From NCBI RefSeq assembly GCF_029227855.1, contig NZ_CP074356.1: a stretch of 64,000 nt of DNA; one strand, given 5' to 3'. Under the pieces are notes generated by a model that was given only the letters and a program-made list of their open reading frames with translations, did not search any database and was not told the DNA's origin. This document shows, in pieces, positions 21,982 through 36,267 of this stretch. Made by a program: the position numbers and the translations under genes. Position 1 is the stretch's first letter, and the number at the start of each line of letters is the position of its first letter. Source of the DNA: Escherichia coli (GTDB lineage Bacteria > Pseudomonadota > Gammaproteobacteria > Enterobacterales > Enterobacteriaceae).

Positions 21982-24426
21982 TTACACCTTTTCAACCTGA
22001 ACAAGGTTTGTATGTGACGGATTCCCCTTAGCGAGAGGAGACGGACGTTGAGTGGTCAGTACGTTGATACAACCGCCCTTATCGACACGTTTTGCATCCG
22101 GGTCATACCAGGCACCTTCACCCAGTGCGACCACACCCGGCATCATTCGTGGCGTCACTTTCGCCTCAATATGAACCTCACCACGATCGTTAAAGATCCT
22201 GACTTTATCGCCGTTGTTGATACCGCGTTTTTGGGCATCAAGCGGGTTGATCCACATTTCCTGACGGCAAGCCGCTTTCAGCACATCAACGTTGCCGTAA
22301 GTTGAGTGAACGCGAGATTTATAGTGGAAACCCGTAAGCTGCAGCGGATACTGTTTGTTCAGCGGATCCTGATAACTTTCAAAGCCCGGCGTGTAGATCG
22401 GCAGTGGATCGATCACATCGCCTTCTGGCAATTCCCAGGTAGCGGCAATGTCAGCCAGCGCCTGCGAATAAATCTCAATTTTACCCGATGGCGTGGTCAG
22501 TGGATTTGCCTGCGGATCTTCACGGAAGGCTTTATAAGCAACGTGATGCCCTTGTGGGTCGCGCTTTTTAAAGATCCCCTGCTTGCGGAACTCTTCAAAC
22601 GTTGGCAGTTCAGGAATCGCTTCCCGCGACTGGGCATACAGATGCTGCATCCACTCTTCCTGGGTACGGCCTTCAGTAAACTGTTGCTCAACGCCAAGAC
22701 GTTTTGCCAGTTCGCTGGTCATTTCATAGATGGTCTTACATTCAAAGCGCGGTTTAATCACCTGATCGTTGAAAATCACGTAAGACATATTCCCGCAGGA
22801 TGCATCCAGTGCAAAGTCCATCTGTTCGGAAGCGGTGCAGTCAGGCAGCAGGATGTCAGCATATTTCACCGATGAGGTCATGTGGCAGTCGATAACCACA
22901 ATCAGCTCGCACTTCTTATCATCCTGAAGGATTTCATGGGTACGGTTGATTTCAGAATGCTGGTTAATCAGGCAGTTACCAGCATAGTTCCAGATCATTT
23001 TGATCGGCACATCCAGCTTATCTTTCCCGCGCACACCATCACGCAGCGCCGTCATTTCCGGGCCACGTTCAATGGCATCGGTCCACATAAACATCGAAAT
23101 GCTGGTCTGGATCGGGTTTTCGAGGGTCGGCATACGGACAAACGGTAAGCTGTATGAACCTTCACGCGCGCCGCTGTTCCCCCCGTTAATACCAACGTTA
23201 CCGGTCAGAATCGCCAGCATCGAGATAGCACGGGTTGCGATTTCACCGTTAGCGTGACGCTGCGGGCCCCATCCCTGGCTGATAAACGCCGGTTTGGTAC
23301 TACCGATTTCACGAGCCAGTTTGATGATTTTGTCTGCCGGAACACCGGTGATTTGCGAGGCCCATTCCGGCGTTTTAGCCACGCCATCTGGCCCTTCACC
23401 CAGAATATAAGCTTTATAGTGACCATTTTTCGGCGCACTGGCTGGCAGTGTTTTCTCGTCGTAGCCAACGCAATATTTATCGAGGAATGCCTGATCCACC
23501 AGGTTTTCGGTGATCATGACATACGCCAGACCGTTAACCAGTGCGGCATCTGTTCCCGGACGAATAGGGATCCACTCATCTTCGCGCCCGGCTCCGGTGT
23601 CGGTATAGCGCGGATCGATGATGATCATGCGAGCATTAGATTTCTGACGCGCCTGTTCAAGATAGTAAGTCACCCCACCGCCACTCATTCGCGTTTCGCC
23701 AGGGTTATTACCAAACAGCACTACCAGTTTACTGTTTTCGATATCCGACGGGCTGTTACCATCTGCCCAGCCGCCGTAGGTATAGTTCAAACCTTCCGCA
23801 ATTTGCGCGGAAGAGTAGTCACCGTAATGGTTCAGATAACCGCCGCAGCAGTTCATCAGGCGAGCGACCAGGGTATTTCCCGGCGGCCAGGAGCGGGTCA
23901 TGGTGCCACCCAGCGTACCGGTGCCATAGTTCAGATAGATGGATTCGTTGCCGTACTCTTTGATCAGGCGCTGCATATTGGTCGCGATGATGTCGTAGGC
24001 TTCTTCCCAGCTAATGCGCTCGAATTTGCCTTCACCGCGCGCCCCGACTCGTTTCATCGGATATTTCAGGCGGTCCGGATTGTAGACACGGCGACGCATG
24101 GAACGACCACGCAGACAGGCGCGCACCTGGTGCAGGCCGTCATAGTTGTCATCGCCAGTATTATCCGTTTCAACATATTTGATTTCACCGTCCACGACGT
24201 GCATACGTAGCGGGCAGCGACTACCACAGTTAACTGTACAGGCGCTCCAGATAACCTTTTCGTCTGATTTTGTTGGAATGGCGCTATCGACAGCGTGCGC
24301 AATCCGACTAAAAGGTAATGTTAATGCGCTGCTGGCCATTGCCAGGCCGCCGATCGCTGTCGTTTTTACCAAACCACGGCGACTCACCTCAGCAGCCAAT
24401 ACCGCATCAGGGATTTTCGTTTTCAT
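21982..24426 (-). CDS. dmsA: DMSO reductase catalytic subunit (molybdopterin), Tat signal
   Basis: 814 aa with twin-arginine signal (SRRGLVKTTAIGGLA) and molybdopterin oxidoreductase features. Confidence 0.97.
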   Translation of the reverse strand: MKTKIPDAVLAAEVSRRGLVKTTAIGGLAMASSALTLPFSRIAHAVDSAIPTKSDEKVIWSACTVNCGSRCPLRMHVVDGEIKYVETDNTGDDNYDGLHQVRACLRGRSMRRRVYNPDRLKYPMKRVGARGEGKFERISWEEAYDIIATNMQRLIKEYGNESIYLNYGTGTLGGTMTRSWPPGNTLVARLMNCCGGYLNHYGDYSSAQIAEGLNYTYGGWADGNSPSDIENSKLVVLFGNNPGETRMSGGGVTYYLEQARQKSNARMIIIDPRYTDTGAGREDEWIPIRPGTDAALVNGLAYVMITENLVDQAFLDKYCVGYDEKTLPASAPKNGHYKAYILGEGPDGVAKTPEWASQITGVPADKIIKLAREIGSTKPAFISQGWGPQRHANGEIATRAISMLAILTGNVGINGGNSGAREGSYSLPFVRMPTLENPIQTSISMFMWTDAIERGPEMTALRDGVRGKDKLDVPIKMIWNYAGNCLINQHSEINRTHEILQDDKKCELIVVIDCHMTSSVKYADILLPDCTASEQMDFALDASCGNMSYVIFNDQVIKPRFECKTIYEMTSELAKRLGVEQQFTEGRTQEEWMQHLYAQSREAIPELPTFEEFRKQGIFKKRDPQGHHVAYKAFREDPQANPLTTPSGKIEIYSQALADIAATWELPEGDVIDPLPIYTPGFESYQDPLNKQYPLQLTGFHYKSRVHSTYGNVDVLKAACRQEMWINPLDAQKRGINNGDKVRIFNDRGEVHIEAKVTPRMMPGVVALGEGAWYDPDAKRVDKGGCINVLTTQRPSPLAKGNPSHTNLVQVEKV

Positions 24427-24615
24427 AATGGCTCACTCAAGCTTGCTCACGATTGATTCCAGTAACAAACCGTATTGTGTAATTATTTCTATAGCAGGTC
24501 GCTATATAGGCTTGTATACATCGAATAATTTGAAAATCAAAGAGATAGGTAGATTTTCACTCGAAAGTAGTATTACGTGTAAGTGAGGAGTAATTATTGT
24601 TCGGTATCAAAGGGA

Positions 24616-24648
24616 GACAAAAAAAGCGCCCGCAGGCGCTTTTTAGAT
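24616..24648 (-). terminator. Rho-independent terminator after serS
   Basis: Hairpin agcgcccgcaggcgct with flanking A/T runs about 20 bp past the serS stop. Confidence 0.6.
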
Positions 24649-24664
24649 TCAGAAAAATTGGGTA

Positions 24665-25978
<1,314 letters not shown>

Positions 25979-26047
25979 TTAAATGGGAGATGTGGCCACA
26001 GCCTGCGACCACAGGGATACAGTAACAACATTACCGCAACGATAACA

Positions 26048-27391
26048 TTAACGGTAGCGTTTTATGGGGCTATTTTGATCCTGTTCAGCCAGCCAGGCGA
26101 GCTTTTCGCCAATCTTGCCTTCAAGGCCCCTGTTTGTCGGGAAATAATAGCGTGTTTGTGCTATTTCCGGCGGGAAATAAACCTCACCGGCAGCATAAGC
26201 GTTTGCTTCATCATGAGCGTAACGATATTCCTGCCCGTAGCCCATTTCCTTCATTAATTTCGTCGGCGCATTACGCAAATGAACCGGCACGTCATAATCC
26301 GGACGTTCGCGAGCATCCGCCAGCGCGGCTTTAAACGCAGTGTAGACAGCGTTGCTTTTTGGCGCGCAGGCCAGGTAAACAATCGCCTGAGCAATGGCGC
26401 GTTCACCTTCCGCCGGGCCAACTCGGGTAAAGCAATCCCAGGCCGCAATTGCCACCTGCATCGCTCGTGGATCAGCATTACCCACATCTTCCGACGCTAT
26501 CGCCAGACAGCGACGCGCGACATATAACGGATCGCCACCGGCAGTAATAATTCGTGCATACCAGTACAGCGCCGCATCGGGTGCGCTACCACGTACCGAC
26601 TTATGCAGTGCGGAAATGAGATCGTAAAAGCGATCGCCTTTGTTATCAAAGCGGGCGCTACGTTCACCGGCGATTTCGGTCAGTAATTCAGGCTTCAGGA
26701 CCCGCTTACCGCTATCATCGACTTCGGCCATATCCGCCATCATTTCCAGCGTATTTAACGCCCGGCGCGCGTCGCCATTCACCAGTTCAGCAATGGCGCG
26801 TCGTGTTTCATCTGGCAGAACAATATCCTGACCACCATAGCCACGGGTTTTGTCTTCCATCGCCTGAGTCAGTACTTGCTCAATATCCTCTGTACTCAGG
26901 GATTTCAGCAGATAGACACGGGCACGGGAAAGCAGTGCCGAATTAAGCTCAAATGACGGGTTTTCAGTGGTTGCACCAATAAAAGTGATGGTGCCGTCTT
27001 CAATATGTGGCAGAAACGCATCCTGCTGGCTTTTGTTGAAACGGTGAACTTCGTCAACAAAAAGAATAGTGCGGCGACCAGCATTGCGGTTTTGCCGAGC
27101 GCGCTCGATCGCCTCGCGAATCTCTTTCACGCCAGAAGTAACGGCAGAAATACGTTCCACATCAGCGTTCGCATAGCGGGCAATCACTTCAGCGAGGGTT
27201 GTTTTGCCGGTACCCGGCGGCCCCCAGAGGATCATAGAATGCAAATGCCCGGCTTCGATAGCGCGCGGCAACGGCTTCCCCGCAGCCAGCAAATGTTGCT
27301 GGCCGATATACTGTGCTAAATTTTCTGGCCGCATACGCGCGGCCAGAGGTTGAAAAGTATTATCCGAAAAATCGAGCGACAGATTGCTCAC
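26048..27391 (-). CDS. rarA: Replication-associated recombination protein A (AAA+ ATPase)
   Basis: 447 aa with Walker [10 protein letters not shown]; between lolA and serS. Confidence 0.96.
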
Positions 27392-27401
27392 TCAGGTGCC
27401 T

Positions 27402-28013
27402 CTACTTACGTTGATCATCTACCGTGACGCCTTGCGGCGGGGTGAAGGTAAATTTCGCTGCATCCACAGTCCCATTTTGCTGGGATTTCAGCTGATAACT
27501 GCTGCGCTGATCGTCCTGCTCCACCGCGCTAAACTGATGGATTGTGCCATCACGTCCCACGTTAATGGTGAACTGCTTCAGATTGCCATTGCTGGCTTTC
27601 GGCGTCAGGACAAAGTCATCGCCATTCTGTTTGATATTGTACTGCTGCCAGTCGCTGGACTGGTTGCGGGCAATCAGCATAAACGGCGTATTACCGGTGG
27701 CATCTTTCAGCCAGGTTGCCGTAGCTTGCTCAACGAACGGGTTATAGAACCACAGTGTTTTACCGTCAGAAACCAGAATGCTTTCATCAGGTTGAGTCAT
27801 ATGCCAGTTGAATAAGTTTGGACGTTTCACCCACAGATCGCCCTGGCCTTCCTGCACCGCCGCGCCGCTACCGTCAGTCACTTTTTGTGTGAAGCTGGCG
27901 TGGAAGCTGCTGACTTTATCCAGGCGGCTTTTAAGATCGCTTGCGGCATCAGCCCAAACGCTGCTTGCTACTAAGCTTGAGAGTAATGCACAGGTGATGG
28001 CAATTTTTTTCAT
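27402..28013 (-). CDS. lolA: Outer-membrane lipoprotein carrier protein LolA
   Basis: Signal peptide plus LolA sequence; start taken at the second Met ([11 protein letters not shown]). Confidence 0.95.
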   Translation of the reverse strand: MKKIAITCALLSSLVASSVWADAASDLKSRLDKVSSFHASFTQKVTDGSGAAVQEGQGDLWVKRPNLFNWHMTQPDESILVSDGKTLWFYNPFVEQATATWLKDATGNTPFMLIARNQSSDWQQYNIKQNGDDFVLTPKASNGNLKQFTINVGRDGTIHQFSAVEQDDQRSSYQLKSQQNGTVDAAKFTFTPPQGVTVDDQRK

Positions 28014-28125
28014 CATTATTCCTCAAATTACGTCACTCCCGATCGGGAGTTCCCTCTACTCTCTATTCCAGGCTAATAATCAGCTTGAGGAAAGAAGAAA
28101 ATACTGAATTTTCAGTTGTTAGAGT

Positions 28126-28161
28126 GCCGGATGCGACGCTACCGAGCCTTATCCGGCCTAC
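28126..28161. repeat. REP (repetitive extragenic palindromic) element
   Basis: gccggatgcgacgctaccgagccttatccggcctac matches the canonical E. coli REP/PU shape (GCCGGATG...TCCGGCCTAC); lies in the lolA-ftsK intergenic gap. Confidence 0.8.
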
Positions 28162-28171
28162 GATGCATTAA

Positions 28172-31100
28172 TTAGTCAAACGGCGGTGGGGCCAGCACTT
28201 CACGATTACCGTTGTGCCCCTGTTCGCTGACAATCCCCTGCGCTTCCATCTGTTCGATAATACGCGCTGCACGGTTATAACCAATGCGGAACTGACGCTG
28301 TACGCCAGAAATTGATGCTTTGCGTTTTTCAGTGACAAACTGCACCGCCTGATCGAACAACGGATCCAGCTCTTCAGCGCCATCGAAACCGCCCGCGCCA
28401 CCTTCGCTTTCGCTGTCGGAGGTGATGCCATCAACATACTGTGGGCGACCACGCGCTTTCCAGTCCTGCACCACGGCATGAACTTCCTGATCGCGAACAA
28501 AAGCACCATGGACACGTACCGGCAACGTGGAGTTCGGCCCAGAGTAGAGCATATCCCCCATACCCAGCAGTGATTCCGCACCAGCCTGATCAAGAATGGT
28601 ACGTGAGTCAATCTTACTGGATACGGTAAAGGCGATACGGGTCGGAATATTCGCTTTAATCAGACCAGTAATAACATCAACCGATGGACGCTGCGTTGCC
28701 AGTACGAGGTGGATACCCGCGGCACGGGCTTTTTGCGCCAGACGTGCTATAAGCTCTTCCACTTTTTTACCTACCGTCATCATCAGGTCGGCAAATTCGT
28801 CCACCAACACCACAATGTACGGTTCTTTTTTCAGCACCGGATGCTGGGCATCCATACTGTCACCCGGCTTCCAGTACGGGTCTGGAATCGGACGCATCAT
28901 GCGATCGGCTTCAGCAATTTTTTCGTTATAACCCGCCAGATTACGCACACCTAGGGCGGACATCAGCTTATAACGACGTTCCATTTCATTTACGCACCAG
29001 CGCAAAGCGTTGGCAGCATCTTTCATGTCGGTAACGACTTCCGTTAACAGATGCGGAATGCCTTCATAAACCGAAAGCTCCAGCATTTTCGGGTCGATCA
29101 TGATGAAACGCACATCTTCTGGCTGTGCTTTATAAAGCATGCTCAGGATCATCGCGTTCACCCCGACAGACTTACCGGAACCGGTAGTCCCCGCAACCAA
29201 CAAGTGCGGCATTTTCGCCAGATCGGCAACCACCGGCTCACCGGCGATATCTTTACCCAGCACCACGGTTAATGGCGACGGATTATCGCGGAATTTGGCG
29301 TTATCCAATACTTCGCGCAGATAAACGGTTTGTCGTTTTTTATTCGGTAACTCCAGACCTACATAGGGTTTGCCAGGAATAACTTCAACGACACGCACCG
29401 CCACCGTCGAAAGTGAACGGGCAAGGTCCCGTGACAAGTTAGAAATGCGCGCCGCTTTTACGCCCGGTGCCAGGTTAAGTTCAAAGCGAGTGATAACCGG
29501 CCCCGGAGAGTAATTGACGACATCGGCTTTAATACGGAAATCAGCCAGACGCGCTTCCACCAGACGCGCCATTTGTTCAAGCGCAAAGGTATCTACCGGC
29601 TCCACTTCGCTCGGCGGCGGTGTCAGCAAATCCAGAGAAGGCAGCGGCGTCGTCGGTTTATGCAACGGACGGCTGTCACCATTGCGCATCAACAGCGGAT
29701 GAAGCAGGGTATCATGCGGCTGCGGCGCAACTGGCTGTTGCGGCTGCTGATATTGCGGCTGCTGTGCAACCGGCTGTTGCGGCTGCTGATATTGCTGCTG
29801 CGGCGCAACCGGTTGTTGTGGCTGCTGATATTGCTGCTGCGGTGCAACCGGCTGTTGCGGCTGCTGATACTGCGGCTGCGGCGCAACTGGTTGCTGCGGC
29901 TGCTGATACTGTTGCTGCGGTGCAATCGGTTGTTGCGGCTGCTGTACAGGTTCAACAATTGGCGTAAACAGCGGTTCGTGTGGACCATCATCCAGCAACG
30001 CTTTCATTGGCGAAAATTCAAAATCATCCAGCGTGAACGGATTCGCCCCAGCCGGTTGTTCGCCGGAATAACGTTGTTGTTGAGTTTGAGCAAACTGACG
30101 AGCCAGTTCAGCCTCTGCCGCAGCATCTGCATCTTCTGCGTTCGCGGGCACATCATGTTGATACTGTTCGCCATAGCGTTGCTGCTGTGTCTGGGCGAAC
30201 TGACGTGCCAGTTCATCCTGCTGCATCGCATCGATTTCATCATCGTTATAATGATCGCCGGAATCGTACTGATTGCGCTGGGCTTCACGGGCTTTTTCTT
30301 CTGCCGCACGCTGTGAGGGCAGCTTAATACCGTAAGACGCCAGTTCACGACGAGTTGGCACGCGGATACGTTTCGGTCGTGGCAACTGCGGGCCAATCCC
30401 CTCTTTGACCTGCGGACGCGGTCCACCGCTATTTGCCAGACTGAAGACTGGCGCGGCAACGGTTGCGGCAGCCCCCGTCGCCAGTGTCGCTTTTTTCACG
30501 CCAGATGCCAGCGGAGAAACAGCGGCAGCGGCTTCTACTGGAGGTACTGCTGCAACAGAAGGTGCTTTCAGCGAAGATTTGATCGGTTCTGGTTCTTTAA
30601 CCGGTTCTGGAATCGGTTGATACCAGGCCGCAAGTTGTTCACGTTCACGGGCTCGCTTCTCTTCCACTTCTTCAAAGTAGTAAAGCGGCGGACGCGCGGG
30701 TTTTGTCTCTTCTACAACGGGTTCAGGCTCCACAACAGGCTGCTGTTCAACAGGTTGCGGCTGTTGGTACAACGGCTCCTGAGCGACTGGCTGCTGATAA
30801 GTTTGCTCAGTCTGGTATGTAGACTGTGGAGCAAAAGTGGATTGCTGCTCTTCGGCTTGCCAGGCGTTACCTGCCACCGATTGTTCTGGCGCAGGGGCGT
30901 AATACGGCTGTTGCGCAGACTGTTCCGGCGCAGGGGCGTAATACGACTGTTGCGCAGACTGTTCCGGCGCAGTTGCGTAATACGGTTGCTGAACAGGTTG
31001 TTCCGCCGCAGGCGCATAATACGGCTGCTGTGGCTGTACAGGTTGTTGCAGCGGCTCATTATATTGCACTGCAGGCTGCGCATATTGTGGCTGCTGTGGG

Positions 31101-32239
31101 TAACCTTCCGGTGCCGGAGCAATCACCGGCTCTCCCGTTTGTGGCCCCGGTACAGGCTGCCAGGCTACTGTAGGTTGTGCAGGTGCAACATCAACAGAGG
31201 CAACAGGTGGCGTCTGAGTCACAGGTTCAACCGGTGCAGCCCAGCTTTGCGTCGCCGTGGTAGCAGCAGCTGCTACAGCAACAGGTTCGGTAATTGGCGC
31301 ACCGTTTAATAATGGATCGTACTCGTCATATTCTGGCTGCGTTGCACGATTGCCCGAAAAGAGGACGTCGTCAGGGTCGGCAGCCACACCGCGTGCAGTG
31401 TAGGTAATCTCTTCTTCATCATCCATCCGCTTACCGGAGAACAACGCAGCATCTGTTTGCCGCCCCATCGGATTAATAAATTTTTCCGCCAACCGTTTAC
31501 GACGCGCTAGCGCGCCGCGAAGAATACGGGCACGGCGTGATTCATGCTGTTTGCCGTGATTTTCATCTTCATACTCTTCGTCGTCTTCATACTCATCTTC
31601 ATCGACCCAGGTATCATCGCGACGGGTACGATTACTGGCGAAGGTAAGAATATTTAAAATCCAGCCGCCGAGTTTTTCAGCAATGGTCACCCATGACCAA
31701 CCGGTGAACAGCGTCAGGCCCGCTGCCCAAACGCAGAGCAGCGCAATAGTTCCCCCGCTACTGTGTAGCAGTGGTTGTAGCGTAGTGCTTAGTAAGCTGC
31801 CAATGACGCCACCGGAGGCAAAATACCAGATATCGTCAGCGTTGATTGCCGCCAGACCACAGGAGGTAAGGATGAGCGCCAAAACGCCAATGATGCGTAG
31901 CGAAACGGCAAAATAATCAATGTATTCGTCGCTGGACTGATGACGCCAGGCAAACCAACAACCGCCGACAATAATGACGGGAATGGTGTAAGCCATCACG
32001 CCAAAAATAAAGAACAGCGTATCTGCCAGCCACGCACCGGGCATCCCACCTAAATTATGGATAGGTTCATGCCAGGCCGTTTGCGACCAGCTGGGGTCCG
32101 AAGGGTTAAAGCTTAGTAAGGCAGCCATCAACCAGACGGCAAACAGGACAATAAGGATCAGCAACGCCTCCAGAAGGCGGCGGCCGCTACTTAACTTTGT
32201 CAATGTGACTTCTTTGTCTTCAGTGTATTCCTGGCTCAA
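28172..32239 (-). CDS. ftsK: DNA translocase FtsK (with expanded Pro/Gln-rich linker)
   Basis: 1355-aa ORF: N-terminal membrane domain, long PQ-rich linker, C-terminal motor with Walker A GTTGSGKS. 26 aa longer than the K-12 length I recall (1329 aa). Confidence 0.97.
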   Translation of the reverse strand: MSQEYTEDKEVTLTKLSSGRRLLEALLILIVLFAVWLMAALLSFNPSDPSWSQTAWHEPIHNLGGMPGAWLADTLFFIFGVMAYTIPVIIVGGCWFAWRHQSSDEYIDYFAVSLRIIGVLALILTSCGLAAINADDIWYFASGGVIGSLLSTTLQPLLHSSGGTIALLCVWAAGLTLFTGWSWVTIAEKLGGWILNILTFASNRTRRDDTWVDEDEYEDDEEYEDENHGKQHESRRARILRGALARRKRLAEKFINPMGRQTDAALFSGKRMDDEEEITYTARGVAADPDDVLFSGNRATQPEYDEYDPLLNGAPITEPVAVAAAATTATQSWAAPVEPVTQTPPVASVDVAPAQPTVAWQPVPGPQTGEPVIAPAPEGYPQQPQYAQPAVQYNEPLQQPVQPQQPYYAPAAEQPVQQPYYATAPEQSAQQSYYAPAPEQSAQQPYYAPAPEQSVAGNAWQAEEQQSTFAPQSTYQTEQTYQQPVAQEPLYQQPQPVEQQPVVEPEPVVEETKPARPPLYYFEEVEEKRAREREQLAAWYQPIPEPVKEPEPIKSSLKAPSVAAVPPVEAAAAVSPLASGVKKATLATGAAATVAAPVFSLANSGGPRPQVKEGIGPQLPRPKRIRVPTRRELASYGIKLPSQRAAEEKAREAQRNQYDSGDHYNDDEIDAMQQDELARQFAQTQQQRYGEQYQHDVPANAEDADAAAEAELARQFAQTQQQRYSGEQPAGANPFTLDDFEFSPMKALLDDGPHEPLFTPIVEPVQQPQQPIAPQQQYQQPQQPVAPQPQYQQPQQPVAPQQQYQQPQQPVAPQQQYQQPQQPVAQQPQYQQPQQPVAPQPHDTLLHPLLMRNGDSRPLHKPTTPLPSLDLLTPPPSEVEPVDTFALEQMARLVEARLADFRIKADVVNYSPGPVITRFELNLAPGVKAARISNLSRDLARSLSTVAVRVVEVIPGKPYVGLELPNKKRQTVYLREVLDNAKFRDNPSPLTVVLGKDIAGEPVVADLAKMPHLLVAGTTGSGKSVGVNAMILSMLYKAQPEDVRFIMIDPKMLELSVYEGIPHLLTEVVTDMKDAANALRWCVNEMERRYKLMSALGVRNLAGYNEKIAEADRMMRPIPDPYWKPGDSMDAQHPVLKKEPYIVVLVDEFADLMMTVGKKVEELIARLAQKARAAGIHLVLATQRPSVDVITGLIKANIPTRIAFTVSSKIDSRTILDQAGAESLLGMGDMLYSGPNSTLPVRVHGAFVRDQEVHAVVQDWKARGRPQYVDGITSDSESEGGAGGFDGAEELDPLFDQAVQFVTEKRKASISGVQRQFRIGYNRAARIIEQMEAQGIVSEQGHNGNREVLAPPPFD
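29715..29950 (-). repeat. In-frame 39-bp tandem repeats (about 6 units) encoding the [13 protein letters not shown] linker motif of FtsK
   Basis: Near-identical 39-nt units (ctgttgcggctgctgatattgctgctgcggcgcaaccgg and variants) visible directly in the sequence. Confidence 0.85.
30883..31040 (-). repeat. Second in-frame 39-bp tandem repeat block (about 4 units) encoding [13 protein letters not shown] in the FtsK linker
   Basis: Repeated ttccggcgcaggggcgtaatacggctgttgcgcagactg units seen in sequence. Confidence 0.8.
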
Positions 32240-32373
32240 GAAAGGCTCTCCAGGTTACAGGCTTTTCCTGCCCGATGCTAAAACGGACAACAGTACCAGG
32301 TTACCCCAGTACTGTTGCTGTATGGATTAACAGGAGTGTAATCAAAATACGCCGATTTTGCACCTGTTCCGTG

Positions 32374-32868
32374 TTAGCGCGTCTTAATAACCAGACGATT
32401 ACTCTGCTTGACTTCTTCCATAACAACGTATGTCCGTGTGTCATTGACGCCAGGCAGACGCAGCAGGGTTTCCCCCAGCAACTTACGGTAAGCTGACATA
32501 TCCGGCACGCGTGTTTTCAACAGGTAGTCGAAATCACCGGATACTAAATGACACTCCTGAATTTCTTCAAGTTTTTGTACAGCGGTATTGAATTGTTCAA
32601 ACACATCCGGTGCGCCACGATTCAGAGTAATCTCAACGAATACCAGAAGTGATGCATCCAGATAATGGGGGTTCAGCAGCGCCGTATAGCCCTGAATAAA
32701 CCCTTGTCTTTCCAGCCGACGCACACGCTCAAGGCACGGCGTTGGGGAAAGTCCCACACGTTTAGAAAGCTCGACGTTAGAAATACGCCCATCCTTTTGC
32801 AACTCATTAAGAATGTTACGATCGATACGGTCGAGATCTTTGCCAGGGCGCTTCTTGCTATCTACCAT
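32374..32868 (-). CDS. lrp: Leucine-responsive regulatory protein
   Basis: Start trimmed to MVDSKKRPGKDLDRIDRNILNELQKDGR (164 aa); AsnC-family HTH. Confidence 0.96.
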   Translation of the reverse strand: MVDSKKRPGKDLDRIDRNILNELQKDGRISNVELSKRVGLSPTPCLERVRRLERQGFIQGYTALLNPHYLDASLLVFVEITLNRGAPDVFEQFNTAVQKLEEIQECHLVSGDFDYLLKTRVPDMSAYRKLLGETLLRLPGVNDTRTYVVMEEVKQSNRLVIKTR

Positions 32869-33295
32869 TATTATTGTCTCTCTGTATTCCTTCCCTACTC
32901 CTGTCTGACCCTGAAACATCACTGTTCAGAGTCGCTACCCGTCACGATAGACCGAAATCATGAAGATTCACGGCGCGCAATGCCTGGGTCTACGGTGAGA
33001 AGACCGTTGCCTTGTGGCAGCTATCGACATCACGAATGGCGTCTGTCCGCGCCATACGTAGATTTCACTAGCACGGTAAACATGGTATTTACATGCATGG
33101 TTATGCGCATATAAGAATACTGTTTTTTTTCTTCCTCGAATGTTTTCGCAAAACACCAGGGGATTGTCAAAGCAAAACATCGATTTTTAGTACAACATGC
33201 CAGATATTCATTAACAGGGGCGTTTATTCATCATTTAATCGGCTTATAAAGCGGGAAATTTAAGTAGCAGAGGTGATAATGACGGGAGAATTTGA

Positions 33296-34378
<1,083 letters not shown>

Positions 34379-34405
34379 TTTTACAAATCAGTAACAAAAG
34401 TAAAG

Positions 34406-34446
34406 AAGGCGACACCATGCGACTATGGGTCGCCTTTATTTTTTCC
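34406..34446 (+). terminator. Putative rho-independent terminator after trxB
   Basis: Hairpin aaggcgac...gtcgcctt followed by tattttttcc. Confidence 0.5.
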
Positions 34447-34500
34447 TCGTTGTAACATTGCTCTGCAAATAATTCTGATAACTCACCTGCTAAGCGTGCA

Positions 34501-36267
34501 ATGAATAAATCCCGTCAAAAAGAGTTAACCCGCTGGTTAAAACAGCAAAGCGTCATCTCCCAACGTTGGCTGAATATTTCTCGTCTGCTGGGCTTTGTGA
34601 GCGGCATATTGATCATTGCCCAGGCCTGGTTCATGGCGCGAATTCTGCAACATATGATTATGGAGAATATTCCCCGTGAAGCCCTGCTGCTTCCCTTTAC
34701 GTTACTGGTTCTGACCTTTGTACTGCGCGCATGGGTGGTCTGGTTACGCGAACGGGTGGGTTATCACGCCGGGCAGCATATCCGCTTTGCCATCCGCCGT
34801 CAGGTTCTCGACCGTCTGCAACAAGCAGGGCCAGCGTGGATTCAGGGTAAACCGGCGGGGAGCTGGGCGACGCTGGTACTCGAGCAAATTGACGATATGC
34901 ATGATTACTATGCACGCTACCTGCCGCAAATGGCGCTGGCAGTGTCGGTGCCGTTGCTGATTGTGGTGGCTATCTTCCCCTCTAACTGGGCTGCGGCGCT
35001 CATTCTGCTGGGCACTGCTCCGTTAATTCCGTTGTTTATGGCGCTGGTTGGAATGGGGGCTGCCGATGCTAACCGACGTAACTTTCTCGCTCTTGCTCGC
35101 TTAAGTGGGCATTTTCTCGATCGCCTGCGCGGCATGGAAACATTGCGTATTTTTGGTCGTGGTGAAGCTGAAATTGAAAGTATTCGTTCTGCTTCGGAAG
35201 ATTTCCGCCAACGGACAATGGAAGTGCTACGGCTGGCGTTTTTATCCTCCGGCATTCTCGAATTTTTTACCTCGCTGTCAATTGCTCTGGTGGCGGTCTA
35301 CTTTGGTTTTTCCTATCTCGGCGAGCTGGATTTTGGTCACTATGATACTGGCGTGACGCTGGCTGCGGGTTTTCTGGCCCTGATCCTTGCGCCGGAGTTT
35401 TTCCAGCCATTACGCGATCTCGGTACGTTTTATCATGCTAAAGCCCAGGCTGTTGGCGCAGCTGACAGTCTGAAAACGTTTATGGAAACCCCGCTCGCCC
35501 ATCCGCAACGTGGTGAGGCGGAATTAGCATCAACCGATCCGGTGACCATTGAAGCCGAGGATCTGTTTATTACATCACCAGAAGGTAAAACGCTGGCTGG
35601 ACCGCTGAACTTTACTTTGCCAGCAGGCCAACGTGCAGTGTTGGTTGGTCGCAGCGGTTCAGGTAAAAGCTCACTGCTGAACGCGCTTTCTGGTTTTCTC
35701 TCATATCAGGGATCGCTACGAATCAACGGGATAGAATTACGCGATTTATCACCGGAATCATGGCGTAAACATCTCTCCTGGGTTGGGCAAAACCCACAAT
35801 TACCGGCAGCAACACTACGGGATAACGTACTACTGGCACGACCTGATGCCAGCGAACACGAGTTACAAACAGCGCTGGATAACGCCTGGGTCAGTGAGTT
35901 TCTACCGCTCCTGCCACAAGGCGTTGATACGCCTGTTGGCGACCAGGCTGCCCGCCTTTCCGTGGGGCAGGCACAGCGCGTGGCGGTGGCCCGAGCATTA
36001 CTAAATCCCTGTTCGCTATTACTGTTGGATGAACCCGCTGCCAGCCTTGATGCTCACAGTGAACAGCGCGTAATGGAGGCGCTTAATGCCGCCTCTCTGC
36101 GCCAGACAACGTTAATGGTCACCCACCAGTTAGAAGATCTTGCTGACTGGGATGTCATTTGGGTAATGCAGGATGGTCAGATTATTGAGCAAGGACGTTA
36201 CGCGGAATTAAGCGTGGCTGGTGGTCCTTTCGCCACATTGCTGGCCCATCGTCAGGAGGAGATTTAA
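34501..36267 (+). CDS. cydD: Cysteine/glutathione ABC exporter CydD (needed for cytochrome bd assembly)
   Basis: 588-aa ABC permease-ATPase fusion with Walker A GRSGSGKSS; followed immediately by cydC. Confidence 0.96.
   Translation: MNKSRQKELTRWLKQQSVISQRWLNISRLLGFVSGILIIAQAWFMARILQHMIMENIPREALLLPFTLLVLTFVLRAWVVWLRERVGYHAGQHIRFAIRRQVLDRLQQAGPAWIQGKPAGSWATLVLEQIDDMHDYYARYLPQMALAVSVPLLIVVAIFPSNWAAALILLGTAPLIPLFMALVGMGAADANRRNFLALARLSGHFLDRLRGMETLRIFGRGEAEIESIRSASEDFRQRTMEVLRLAFLSSGILEFFTSLSIALVAVYFGFSYLGELDFGHYDTGVTLAAGFLALILAPEFFQPLRDLGTFYHAKAQAVGAADSLKTFMETPLAHPQRGEAELASTDPVTIEAEDLFITSPEGKTLAGPLNFTLPAGQRAVLVGRSGSGKSSLLNALSGFLSYQGSLRINGIELRDLSPESWRKHLSWVGQNPQLPAATLRDNVLLARPDASEHELQTALDNAWVSEFLPLLPQGVDTPVGDQAARLSVGQAQRVAVARALLNPCSLLLLDEPAASLDAHSEQRVMEALNAASLRQTTLMVTHQLEDLADWDVIWVMQDGQIIEQGRYAELSVAGGPFATLLAHRQEEI

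Noticed and set aside
23254-24210. 318-aa plus-strand ORF inside dmsA; also 22306-22875 and 22048-22305
   Set aside because: All lie antisense within the well-supported dmsA reading frame; no RBS or domain support.
29573-31309. Arg/Leu-rich ORFs (247 aa, 230 aa and others) on both strands within the ftsK linker
   Set aside because: Products of alternative frames through the 39-bp PQ-repeat DNA; extreme low complexity (RLLRLLIL repeats); the real coding frame is FtsK.
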